From positions 1 to 63,208 of IMG/VR virus record IMGVR_UViG_3300030406_003636: 63,208 nt of DNA; one strand, 5' to 3'. The notes beneath the pieces were generated by a model. It saw only the letters and a list, made by a program, of their open reading frames with translations, searched no databases and was not told the DNA's origin. The stretch is from a virus. Its lineage: Duplodnaviria > Caudoviricetes. The position numbers and the translations under genes were made by a program. How positions within the stretch are numbered: the stretch's first letter is position 1; every line of letters begins with the position of its first letter. Shown piece by piece: positions 18,104-28,700 of the stretch.

Positions 18104-20524
18104 ATGGCCGAAAAAGCAATAAAAGGTTATTTTCCAAGTCAAGTCGTTAGCGATTTAGAGAAGTCAAGTAATGAATATGGGCTAAAGGTAGCTAAAGCTA
18201 TTGAGCATGAATGGTTTGGTAAAGACACGGGTTTAAATAGATTTAAAACAAATCAAACTAGCTTTCATAAGTTAAGGCTATATGCAAGAGGTGAGCAGTC
18301 TGTACAAAAATATAAAGATGAATTATCTATTAATGGTGATTTATCTTATCTTAATTTAGACTGGAAGCCTGTACCTATTATACCTAAGTTTGTAGATATA
18401 GTAGTAAACGGTATAGCTGAAAGAACATATGATATAAAAGCATATTCACAAGATCCACATGGTGTTAGTAAAAGAACAGAATACATGGCGTCTATTGTTC
18501 GTGATATGCAAACAAAAGATTTAAACGAGTATGTTCAAGGTGCATTTGGTATTAATATGTTTGAAAGCGATCCAAACAATTTACCTGAAAACCAAGAAGA
18601 GCTACAACTTCATATGCAGCTTAATTATAAGCAAGCTGTAGAAATAGCAGAAGAACAAGCTATCAATACTTTATTTGAAGGTAATAAATACGAGTTAACT
18701 AAAAAACGTGTGTATTACGATTTAACTGTTTTAGGTATTGGTGCTGTTAAAAATAGCTTTAATACTTCAGAAGGTATAACTATAGACTATGTTGATCCTG
18801 CTAATTTAGTATATTCATATACAGAATCGCCTTATTTTGATGATATATATTATGCAGGCGAGGTAAAAAATATACCTATAAATGAACTTAAAAAACAATT
18901 TCCAGAACTAACAGACTCTGATCTTGAAGATATACAGCAGCAAGGTATTTATAATGATGGTTATTCAAACAGATCATCATACGAAAGAAGTAGTTTAGAT
19001 AAAAACATTGTACAAGTTTTATATTTTAATTATAAGACATACGCAAACGAAGTTTATAAAGTAAAAGAAACATCAAGTGGTGCTACTAAGATGTTACAAA
19101 AAGATGATTCATTTAATGTGCCTGAGGGTGAAGAAAGATTTAGCAGGGTGTCTAATGCTTTAGAAGTTTTATATGAAGGTGTTTTAGTTGTTGGTAGCAA
19201 AAAATTATTAAAATGGGAGCTAGCTAAAAATATGGTTAGGCCAAAGAGTGATTACACGAAAGTAAAAATGAATTATGCTGTAGTCGCTCCGCGTATGTAT
19301 AAAGGTAAAATAGAATCATTAGTTAGTAGAATAACAGGTTTTGCTGACATGATACAATTAACGCATTTAAAGCTACAGCAAGTAATGTCACGTATGGTAC
19401 CAGATGGTGTATACATGGATGCGGATGGTTTAGCAGAAGTTGATTTAGGTAATGGCACAAACTATAATCCACAAGAAGCTTTAAATATGTTCTTTCAAAC
19501 TGGTAGTGTTATTGGTAGATCATTAAACTCTGAAGGTGACATGAATCCAGGTAGAGTACCAATACAAGAAATAGCTAGTGGTAATGGTGGCGCTAAGTTA
19601 CAAAGCTTAATCAGTACGTATAATTATTATTTACAAATGATAAGAGACGTGACTGGTTTAAATGAAGCAAGAGATGGTAGTACACCAGATAAAAACGCTT
19701 TAGTAGGTGTACAAAAGTTAGCAGCAGCTAATAGTAATACAGCAACCAGGCATATATTACAAGGTGGTTTATTTTTAACTACTGAGTTAGCAGAGTGTAT
19801 ATCATTAAGAATATCAGATATACTAGAATACTCGCCAACAAAAGATGCTTTTATTCAAGCTATTGGTGCGCATAACGTAGGTACTTTAGAAGAAATGAGT
19901 ACGTTACATTTATACGACTTTGGTATATTTATTGAATTATCACCTGACGAAGAGCAAAAGCAGTTACTAGAAAACAACATACAAGTAGCATTAGCACAAA
20001 AGAATATAGAGCTTGAAGATGCTATAGATGTTAGAGAAATTAAAAATTTAAAGTTAGCTAATCAGCTTCTTAAATTAAGAAGAAAAAAGAAAATTGAAAG
20101 GGATCAAATGATCCAACAACAAAACATACAAGCTCAAGCACAAGCAAACGCGCAAGCACAGCAAGTTGCAGCACAAGCAGAAGTACAAAAACAGCAAGCG
20201 TTAACGCAAAATCAACTACAACTTGAGCAAGCTAAGTCGCAGCTTAGTACGCAAAAGCTACAAAGCGAGGCATTGTTGAAAAAAGAATTAATGAATCATG
20301 AGTTTCAAATTAATATGAGATTAAAAGAAATGGAGATTGAAGCATTAAAAACCAAAGAGTCTAACAAGGAAGATCGTAAAGATGAACGTACTAGAATACA
20401 AGCATCACAACAGTCTGAATTAATAGAGCAAAGAAAAAATAATACACCACCTAAAAAATTTGAAAGTACAAGTAATGATATACTTAGTGGTGATTTTGAT
20501 TTAGGCATGTTTGAGCCTAGATAA
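18104..20524 (+). CDS. Portal protein
   Basis: 806 aa after terL; PIIPKFVDIVV, TGLNEARDG, Q-rich coiled-coil C-terminus. Confidence 0.85.
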   Translation: MAEKAIKGYFPSQVVSDLEKSSNEYGLKVAKAIEHEWFGKDTGLNRFKTNQTSFHKLRLYARGEQSVQKYKDELSINGDLSYLNLDWKPVPIIPKFVDIVVNGIAERTYDIKAYSQDPHGVSKRTEYMASIVRDMQTKDLNEYVQGAFGINMFESDPNNLPENQEELQLHMQLNYKQAVEIAEEQAINTLFEGNKYELTKKRVYYDLTVLGIGAVKNSFNTSEGITIDYVDPANLVYSYTESPYFDDIYYAGEVKNIPINELKKQFPELTDSDLEDIQQQGIYNDGYSNRSSYERSSLDKNIVQVLYFNYKTYANEVYKVKETSSGATKMLQKDDSFNVPEGEERFSRVSNALEVLYEGVLVVGSKKLLKWELAKNMVRPKSDYTKVKMNYAVVAPRMYKGKIESLVSRITGFADMIQLTHLKLQQVMSRMVPDGVYMDADGLAEVDLGNGTNYNPQEALNMFFQTGSVIGRSLNSEGDMNPGRVPIQEIASGNGGAKLQSLISTYNYYLQMIRDVTGLNEARDGSTPDKNALVGVQKLAAANSNTATRHILQGGLFLTTELAECISLRISDILEYSPTKDAFIQAIGAHNVGTLEEMSTLHLYDFGIFIELSPDEEQKQLLENNIQVALAQKNIELEDAIDVREIKNLKLANQLLKLRRKKKIERDQMIQQQNIQAQAQANAQAQQVAAQAEVQKQQALTQNQLQLEQAKSQLSTQKLQSEALLKKELMNHEFQINMRLKEMEIEALKTKESNKEDRKDERTRIQASQQSELIEQRKNNTPPKKFESTSNDILSGDFDLGMFEPR

Positions 20525-20549
20525 TTGTTTAATTTTATAATATTATATT

Positions 20550-21767
20550 ATGGCAGATAAAAATGTAAAGACAAATGAAGAGGTTGTCGAACAAGTTGAA
20601 GAGACTAAAGAGCAACCTACTAAAGATGAAAAGGTTACATTTAAAGTAAAGCCTCGTATTAAAAAAAATACAGACGAGGTGCTAAAGGTAGATTTAAGAA
20701 AAAAACCTGAGCAAGAAGAAAATGTAGCTGAAGAAAAAGTTGAAGAAGCTACTGAAGAAAAAGTAGAAGAACAAACTGAAGCTGTTTTAGAAGAAATAAA
20801 AGATGAAACAGAAACTACTGAAGAGCAGGAAGAAAAACCTGTTATTGAAGAAGTAACTGAAGAAGAAAATAAAACAGAAACACAAGAAGAAAATGTAGAA
20901 ACAGTTGAGCAAACTGAGCAAACGCCAGAGCAACCAGCTGTTGAATTACCAGAAAACGTGGATAAACTAGTAAAGTTTATGGAAGAAACTGGTGGCGACA
21001 TTGAGGATTACGTAAAGCTAAATGCTGATTATAGTAAGTACGATGATCAAGCTATGCTTAGAGAATATTACAGGCAGACAAAACCTCATTTAACATCATC
21101 TGAAATAGATTTTTTAATTGAAGATGATTTTACATACGATGAAGAGGTTGATGATCCAAAAGATGTTAAAAGAAAGAAATTGGCTTTCAAAGAGCAAGTT
21201 GCTTCTGCCAGAGGCCATATGGATAAATTAAAATCCAGTTACTATGCGGAAATTAAGAGCGGGGTTAAGTTAACTCCAGAACAACAAAAGGCTGTTGATT
21301 TCTTTAATAGATATAACAACGAGAAGCAAGAGAGTGATAAACTCCTTAATGAACAACAACAAACTTTTCAAAATAAAACTAACGAATTATTTAAATCTGA
21401 TTTTAAAGGTTTTGAATATAATGTTGGTGATAAGAGATACAGGTTTAATGTTAAAAATGCTGAAGAGGTAAAAACACAACAGAGTGATATAAACAATTTT
21501 GTTAAACGTTTTGTTGATAAAAAAAATATGATGAGTGATGCTAGTGGTTATCATAAGTCATTATTTACCGCAATGAATGCTGATGCTGTAGCTAATCATT
21601 TTTATGAGCAAGGTAAAGCAGACGGTATTAAACAAAGCATGGCTAACGCTAAAAATGTAGATATGACACCAAGAACAGCAGCACAAGATGTTGAAGCTGG
21701 TGGAATAAAAGTTAGGGCAATAAGCGGTGATAACAACTCAAGACTTCGAGTTAAAGTACGTAAATAA
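20550..21767 (+). CDS. Capsid scaffolding protein
   Basis: Very acidic N-terminus, between portal and capsid. Confidence 0.7.
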   Translation: MADKNVKTNEEVVEQVEETKEQPTKDEKVTFKVKPRIKKNTDEVLKVDLRKKPEQEENVAEEKVEEATEEKVEEQTEAVLEEIKDETETTEEQEEKPVIEEVTEEENKTETQEENVETVEQTEQTPEQPAVELPENVDKLVKFMEETGGDIEDYVKLNADYSKYDDQAMLREYYRQTKPHLTSSEIDFLIEDDFTYDEEVDDPKDVKRKKLAFKEQVASARGHMDKLKSSYYAEIKSGVKLTPEQQKAVDFFNRYNNEKQESDKLLNEQQQTFQNKTNELFKSDFKGFEYNVGDKRYRFNVKNAEEVKTQQSDINNFVKRFVDKKNMMSDASGYHKSLFTAMNADAVANHFYEQGKADGIKQSMANAKNVDMTPRTAAQDVEAGGIKVRAISGDNNSRLRVKVRK

Positions 21768-21794
21768 GTTTAACAATTTTAAATTAATTAAAAA

Positions 21795-23198
21795 ATGGCA
21801 GTAATAACTCCAAGTGCTGGTGCGAATTTAAATTCTGTACCTGCACCGGTAAAACAAACGCTATCATCAAATTATATAGACTTTACTGCGTCTGGCACAG
21901 CAGGTTGGGCACAGCAATATTTACCTGATTTGATAGAAGCGGAAGCTGAGGTATTCGGAAAAAGAACTATCTCTGGCTTTTTAGAAATGGTCGGCGCTGA
22001 AGAAGCAATGACATCAGACCAAGTAATTTGGTCAGAGCAAGGTAGATTACACATCTCTCTTTCTGCGACTGTAGCAAATGCAAGCATTAACAAAATTGAG
22101 TTTGCAGGTGGTGTATCGCATCAAATTAGAGTTGGTGATACTATACTAGTACACAAAGCAGCTAAAACAGTAAAATGTTTTGTGTCTGCACTTTCACCTG
22201 ATGGTGGAAATACAATTACAGCGCTTCCTTACTCAATCGAAAACTTAGCAACAGGTTCAGCTTTCGCTAATGCTGACGATGTAACTATATTAGTTTACGG
22301 TTCTGAGTTTGCAAAAGGTGTAGCTGGTAGAACTGAAGCTATAACTCCTTCATTCAAATCATTTACTAACAAACCAATCATCATTAAAGATATGTATCAG
22401 GTTTCAGGATCTGACGCTTCTCAAGTAGGTTGGGTTGAAGTAACTGGCGAAGATGGACAAAATGGTTTCTTATGGTATCTAAAAGCAGAAGGTGACACAA
22501 GATCAAGATTTACTGATTACTTAGAAATGTCACTAGTAGAAGCTGAGAAAAAAGATTCTACAGCAGCGGCTGGTGTACCTGATGGTACTGAAGGTTTATT
22601 TGCAGCTATAGAAGATAGAGGTCATACTACAACTGGTATTGACGGAAACACTGCAGCTGAAGATTTAGATGACTTTGATGAAATACTCAAAAAGTTTGAT
22701 ACACAAGGAGCAATCGAAGAAAACATGTTATATGTTAACAGAAAAGTATCATTAAGTATTGATGATATGTTAGCAGCTCAGAACTCATATGGTTCTGGTG
22801 GTACTTCTTACGGGGTATTTAACAACTCTGAAGATATGGCTCTTAATTTAGGATTTACAGGATTTAGAAGAGGTTCTTATGACTTCTATAAGCAAGACTG
22901 GAAATACTTAAATGATCAAGGTACAAGAGGTGCTTTTGGTGATAACGACATAAGAGGTGTTATTATTCCAGCTGGTACTTCATCTGTTTATGATGAAACA
23001 CTAGGTAGGAATTTAACAAGACCTTTCTTACACGTTAGATACAGAGCTTCTCAAGCTGATGACAGAAGGATGAAAACTTGGATCGTTGGTTCAGTAGGTG
23101 GAAACATCACAACTGATATTGACAAGATGGAAGTACATTATCTATCTGAAAGATGCTTAGTTGTACAAGGAGCAAATAACTTTATGTTATTGAACTAA
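21795..23198 (+). CDS. Major capsid protein
   Basis: 467 aa, WSEQGRLH, LGF.GFRRG.YDFYK; followed by strong terminator. Confidence 0.85.
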   Translation: MAVITPSAGANLNSVPAPVKQTLSSNYIDFTASGTAGWAQQYLPDLIEAEAEVFGKRTISGFLEMVGAEEAMTSDQVIWSEQGRLHISLSATVANASINKIEFAGGVSHQIRVGDTILVHKAAKTVKCFVSALSPDGGNTITALPYSIENLATGSAFANADDVTILVYGSEFAKGVAGRTEAITPSFKSFTNKPIIIKDMYQVSGSDASQVGWVEVTGEDGQNGFLWYLKAEGDTRSRFTDYLEMSLVEAEKKDSTAAAGVPDGTEGLFAAIEDRGHTTTGIDGNTAAEDLDDFDEILKKFDTQGAIEENMLYVNRKVSLSIDDMLAAQNSYGSGGTSYGVFNNSEDMALNLGFTGFRRGSYDFYKQDWKYLNDQGTRGAFGDNDIRGVIIPAGTSSVYDETLGRNLTRPFLHVRYRASQADDRRMKTWIVGSVGGNITTDIDKMEVHYLSERCLVVQGANNFMLLN

Positions 23199-23211
23199 TA
23201 CATTATAAAAG

Positions 23212-23246
23212 AGTTAGGCGCTACGGCGCCTAGCCCTTTTTATTTT
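23212..23246 (+). terminator. Intrinsic terminator after capsid gene
   Basis: TTAGGCGC-TACG-GCGCCTAG hairpin followed by TTTTTATTTT. Confidence 0.85.
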
Positions 23247-23269
23247 TTAATATTTAATTTTATTATATC

Positions 23270-24010
23270 ATGAAAAAAACAAAAAACAATTGGGAGATAA
23301 AAGACAGAGTATACTTTTTGCGTGACGGTCGATCTCCATTAACATGTACAATTAAAGGTAAAGGTATATATTGGTTTGACGAAGAAAAAGGATACGAAAG
23401 AGAACTTAAGTATGCTGTAAATCAAAAAACACCGTTTGTAGATGAATTTAAAGGTGACGCAAGACTTGGCCATATAGTATTTGAAGACGGTGTACTTAAT
23501 GTGCCAAAAGAAAAACAAACTTTACAACAGCTATTATCTATGTATCATCCAGATAATGGTATTGTATACGAAGAGTTTGATGCAGTTCAAGAAGCTACTG
23601 ATGATTTAGTAGATATTGAAATGGAAATAGAAGCTTTAAATATAGCTAAAGATTTAGATGTTGATCACGCTGAAGCTATATTAAGAGTTGAACAAGGAAG
23701 TGAAGTTAGTAACATGACTTCAAGAGAATTAAAAAGAGATGTTTTGGTTTTTGCTAAAAAAAATCCAAAGCTATTTATGAATCTTGTAAATGATGATAAT
23801 GTTGAAGTTAGAAACTTTGGTATTAAAGCTGTTGAAGCTGATATATTAAGATTATCTAATGATCAAAGAACATTTACTTGGGCTAGTAACAAAAGAAAAG
23901 TAATGACAGTTCCGTTTGACGAACATCCTTACTCAGCACTAGCAGCCTTCTTTAAAACAGATGAAGGTTTAGAAGTTTATAAGAACATAGAAAAAAGATT
24001 AAAAAAATAA
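23270..24010 (+). CDS. Conserved hypothetical protein (head module)
   Basis: 246-aa ORF following the capsid gene. Confidence 0.6.
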   Translation: MKKTKNNWEIKDRVYFLRDGRSPLTCTIKGKGIYWFDEEKGYERELKYAVNQKTPFVDEFKGDARLGHIVFEDGVLNVPKEKQTLQQLLSMYHPDNGIVYEEFDAVQEATDDLVDIEMEIEALNIAKDLDVDHAEAILRVEQGSEVSNMTSRELKRDVLVFAKKNPKLFMNLVNDDNVEVRNFGIKAVEADILRLSNDQRTFTWASNKRKVMTVPFDEHPYSALAAFFKTDEGLEVYKNIEKRLKK

Positions 24011-24016
24011 TCACCT

Positions 24017-24053
24017 TATAGAGTAGTCACTCTATATGAGTGGCTACACTATA
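24017..24053 (+). promoter_or_regulatory. Intergenic hairpin without U-tract
   Basis: GTAGTCACTC-TATAT-GAGTGGCTAC, extendable by TATAG/CTATA. Confidence 0.55.
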
Positions 24054-24065
24054 TAAAAAGAAATT

Positions 24066-24782
24066 ATGGCAGTATTAATAGATACAGTATATCAAAGGGT
24101 TTTATCAATTGCTAATAAAGAGCAGAGAGGTTATATAACACCTCAAGAGTTTAACTTGTTAGCCAACCAAGCGCAAATGGAAATATTTGAGCAATACTTT
24201 TATGATTTAAATCAGTTCAGCAGACTGCCAGGTAACGAAACAAAACACGCTGATATGGTAGATATACTAGAAGAAAAAATATCTATATTTGAAAAGTTTA
24301 GACAAGATGTTGGTATGGGATCAGGTGGTGTAGGAGATTTAACAAACACCGGCGCTAACGATATATATAGATTAGGTGTTGTGAGTTACAATAACTCTGG
24401 TCAGTATATTGAAATAGAACACGTTAATCAAAATGAATTAAACAATTATATTAATTCACCATTAACAGCACCAACAACGTCAAGACCTATTTATATTAAA
24501 ACATCTGAAACAGCGATACAAGTTTACCCAACAACAATAACTAGTGGCGTAACGTGTAACTTCATAGCAAGACCCGCTGATGTAGTTTGGAATTTTACTA
24601 CAGTATTAGGTGAAGCTTTACACAACTCTAACGGCACGGTTAATTTTCAATTGCATGAATCAGACGAAACTACGTTAGTACAAAAGATATTACAGTTAGC
24701 TGGTATAACTATTAAAGACCCTGGTTTATATCAATTAACTGATAAAGAAGAAAACGAAACAACTCAACAAGAAAAATTATAA
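24066..24782 (+). CDS. Tail adaptor/tubular structural protein
   Basis: NKEQRGYITPQEFN...AQ..IF; context. Confidence 0.65.
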   Translation: MAVLIDTVYQRVLSIANKEQRGYITPQEFNLLANQAQMEIFEQYFYDLNQFSRLPGNETKHADMVDILEEKISIFEKFRQDVGMGSGGVGDLTNTGANDIYRLGVVSYNNSGQYIEIEHVNQNELNNYINSPLTAPTTSRPIYIKTSETAIQVYPTTITSGVTCNFIARPADVVWNFTTVLGEALHNSNGTVNFQLHESDETTLVQKILQLAGITIKDPGLYQLTDKEENETTQQEKL

Positions 24783-24785
24783 TAG

Positions 24786-25694
24786 ATGGCTTTATTCACG
24801 GGAACACAACAGTCTTATTATCAAGGTGCTGATAACAATTTTAATACGTCAGACGATTTAAATACGTATGGTAACTATCAGTTTATTAACATCAAAGATT
24901 TAATAACAAACTTTATTATTACATATGTTGGTGAAGGTAAAATAATAAGTAAAGTTAAAAGGCCTGATGTTGCTTTTCACGCGCAAAGAGCTTTGCAAGA
25001 GCTTAGTTATGATACTTTAAAATCAATTAAAACACAAGAGGTTGAAGTTGGCTCTAATTTAAATTTACCACTACCACACGATTATGTTAACTATGTTAAG
25101 ATATGTTATGTTGATGATAATGGTATAGAAAATATTTTGTATAAGTCAAGAAAAACTAGTAATCCAAGAGCTTTATCGCAAGACTCTAGTTTTAATTATC
25201 AGTTTGATAGTGATGGTAATTTAACTGAAGCATCAGATTCAAACTCTTGGCTGCGTTATAAAGAGAGTTCTAACGTTGATAGCGGTGATACAAACAATGA
25301 AGATGAGCCAGGTGCTTTATTAAATGAAGGTGGTAGATATGGTTTAGAGCCTGAGTTTGCACAAAGCAATGGTATATTTTATATTGATGATAGCCGTGGT
25401 AGAATACATTTTAGTTCTAATATGTTAGAAAAAACAATATTGATAAAATATATAAGTGATAGTTTAGCTACTGAAGGTGAAATGCAAGTACATAAGTTTG
25501 CAGAAGAAGCAGTATATAAATTTATAGCACACGCTATTTTAGCTAGTCGTGCTAATACACCTGAATATTTAGTTGCAAGATTTAAAAAAGAAAAGTTTGC
25601 AGAAATAAGGAAAGCAAAAATAAGATTATCAAATATTAAATCTGAAGAGCTAGTTCAGGTAATGAGAGGTAAGTCGAAACGAATTAAACACTAA
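24786..25694 (+). CDS. Structural (neck/ring) protein
   Basis: LP.DYVNYV, YISD, AEEA.Y motifs; context. Confidence 0.6.
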   Translation: MALFTGTQQSYYQGADNNFNTSDDLNTYGNYQFINIKDLITNFIITYVGEGKIISKVKRPDVAFHAQRALQELSYDTLKSIKTQEVEVGSNLNLPLPHDYVNYVKICYVDDNGIENILYKSRKTSNPRALSQDSSFNYQFDSDGNLTEASDSNSWLRYKESSNVDSGDTNNEDEPGALLNEGGRYGLEPEFAQSNGIFYIDDSRGRIHFSSNMLEKTILIKYISDSLATEGEMQVHKFAEEAVYKFIAHAILASRANTPEYLVARFKKEKFAEIRKAKIRLSNIKSEELVQVMRGKSKRIKH

Positions 25695-25701
25695 GTAACA
25701 C

Positions 25702-28700
25702 ATGGCGGAGTTGAAGCGTAATTTCACATCAAGTCGTATGAATAAAGACCTTGATGAAAGGTTAGTGCCTAATGGCGAGTATAGAGATGCGTTAAACATT
25801 AGTATCTCAACTTCAGAATCATCTGACGAAGGTTCAGTTGAAAGTATAAAAGGTAATTCAAGAATAGGTATTCAAGCTCAAGATAGAAGCTTCACACAAA
25901 CATTAGGTATTACTGGTCAAAAATGTATAGGAACTGTCAGAGATGAAGAACAAAATAAAATTTATTGGTTTATATCTGGTACAAACGTTGATGCTATAGC
26001 TGAGTATGACGAAAATACAAATAGTGTGGCTTCTGTTTTTACAGATCTTTTTAATTTTACAACATCAGCAAACTACACAAATTCGCCATCAAACACAATT
26101 ACATTTAATACAGCACAGCCTAATATAAAAGTAGGTGCTGCTATCAGCGGTACTAATGTGATAAGTGGCACTACTGTAGCTAGCATATCAGCAGATAACA
26201 AAACAATAACACTTTCTAACAGCGGCCCAGCTACAATATCTGGAGCATTATCTATTGTAAATCCAAGGGCATTAAACTTCTCGCCTAGTATGTTTATAAC
26301 TGCTGCTAATATATTAGATGGTATATTATATTTTACCGATAATATTAATGAGCCAAAACAAATTGACATTAATAAAAGCAAACTTGGCACACCGGGTTTC
26401 TCCTCGTCAACTATACTAAGAGTAAAATCACAGCCACAAGATGCTGCTCTAAAAGAACATATCACGTTAATTAAAAAATCACCATTAAACGCCCCTAATA
26501 TTACAATGTCTAACAGTTTACGCGGTGGTATTGTAAACTCAACTTTTACTTCTGCGTCAAACTTTTTTGGTGATACTAACGGATCAAAAGCGCCAGGCAC
26601 AGAGCTAGGTGATATAATATTTTCGCCAAAACCAAGCTTTGAGGTTGGTGATAATTTAAAGTTTACTCACTCAGCCGTTGAAGAGGCTGGCGGTGAAACA
26701 ATTTTATACGAAGTTCGTGTTGTATTAACTAGCTTAGAAAGTGAGTCAGCTGTTGCAAAAACATTTAAATCAAAAATATTAAGTATAACTGATGACGTTA
26801 TACATAGCGCTAACGTACAGTGGGACGTAGCATTAGAACAAAAAGATCCATTTTTTGAGTTAGTTTTTCCAAGGTTTGCATACAGATGGAAATATGAAAA
26901 TGGTCAATACTCTGCTTTTTCACCATTTAGTGAGGTTGCTTTTTTACCTGACGAGGTTAACGGCTATAAGTTTGATTCAAAAAGCGGATTTAACAAAGCT
27001 ATGGTTAACACTGTAAGAAAAATAACGTTAAGCACTTTTGACACAAAGCCAAAAGATGCAGTTGAAGTTGATGTGTTATTTAAACAATCAAACAATACTA
27101 ACGTGTATACCGTTAAAACTTTAAAAAATAACGAAGATACAATTGACATTACGTCAGAGCAAATATATGCTACAGTACCATCTAATCAATTAATAAGACC
27201 ATATGATAATGTGCCTAGAAAAGCGCTAAGCCAAGACGTTGTAGGTAATAGATTAGTTTTTGGTAACTATATACAAAATTATAATATTGAAGACGAGCAA
27301 ACTGATGATGGTAAAATTAGTTCTACCGTTGCGTTTCAAACAAACGTTTTATCAAATAAAATAACAGAAAACACACCAACCAAATCGTTAAAGGCAATAC
27401 GTAAATATCAGCTTGGTGTTATATATTTAGACGAGTTTGGTAGACACACGCCTGTTTTTTCTGACGATACTGGTGTTATAACAATTGATCAAATACAGTC
27501 AAATACAGCCAATAAAATTGAAGCTAAAATAACAACACCAGCTCCATCCTGGGCAACACATTATAGATATTATATTAAAGAGCCTTCTAATGAATATTAC
27601 AACTTAGCATTAGATAGATACTACGAAGCAGAAGACGGTAACGTATGGCTTAGTTTTTCATCAGCTGATAGAAACAAAGTAGATAACGAAACGTTTTTAA
27701 TATTAAAAAAGAAACATACAGAAAATGTAAGTGTTTTTAATACTAGTGGTGGAACTGTAAAGTATAAAATACTTGATATAGCTAATGAAGCACCAACATT
27801 TATAAAACAAAAGAAAACATCGTTAGGTAAAATTACTACGCAGTTCGGTGAAAACTCAAATGCAGCTGAAGGTTTTCCACAAAAAGGATTTTTATCATTT
27901 AAGGTTAAAGGATCTGAGATAAATGTTTTAAAAGATTTAAACACAACTTCTGTAACTGATAAGTATATACGTATATCAACTAGTTCAAACGCATCAGAGT
28001 TATATCAGTTAAGCAGCATAAATGTTAATGACGCAGGTACTACTGGAGACTTAACAGAAGCTGCGGATACTTGGACGTTTAACATAGCTGAAGCTTTTGG
28101 TAGCGATATAGATTTTGTAGGAACAGGAACGAGTAAAACAGCTGGCTTATCATTAGAGGTATTACAAGAAGAGATAGACGAAAATAACCCTGAGTTTGTT
28201 GGTAGGTTTTTTGTTAAAGTACCTAGAGACGCAACACTTGATAAAAGTATTTTAACTAAAGCTGTTGATAGAGTATATAAAGTTAAAAACGCGCAAAACA
28301 TATTTAAAATAGATACGCAACATGACACTAAAGCAGATTTTTCAGATACTCAGCTTTTTGCTATTGATAAGTCTGGTGGATTTGATGAAGATAAAAACGC
28401 TTTAGCTGTAGGTAAAGGTGCTCAAGCAGGTAAAAAAACAATACAACTACGTTTAATAGGTATTGGTCCTGATAAAGAGCCACACACGTTGTTTCCAAAC
28501 GTTGTAAATTTAACTGCTAACGCGCAGCTAGACGGACAATTACGTGCTCCTGGTACTCTATTACGTTGGAGGTCAGATGGTTCAACAGATAACGTCTATG
28601 AGATTATAAGCTCATCACCTATCAAAGTGTTTAACTATGGTACAGGCCCTATTAGGCGTAAGAAAGCCGACAACAAAGGTATAAGATATACAATAACGTT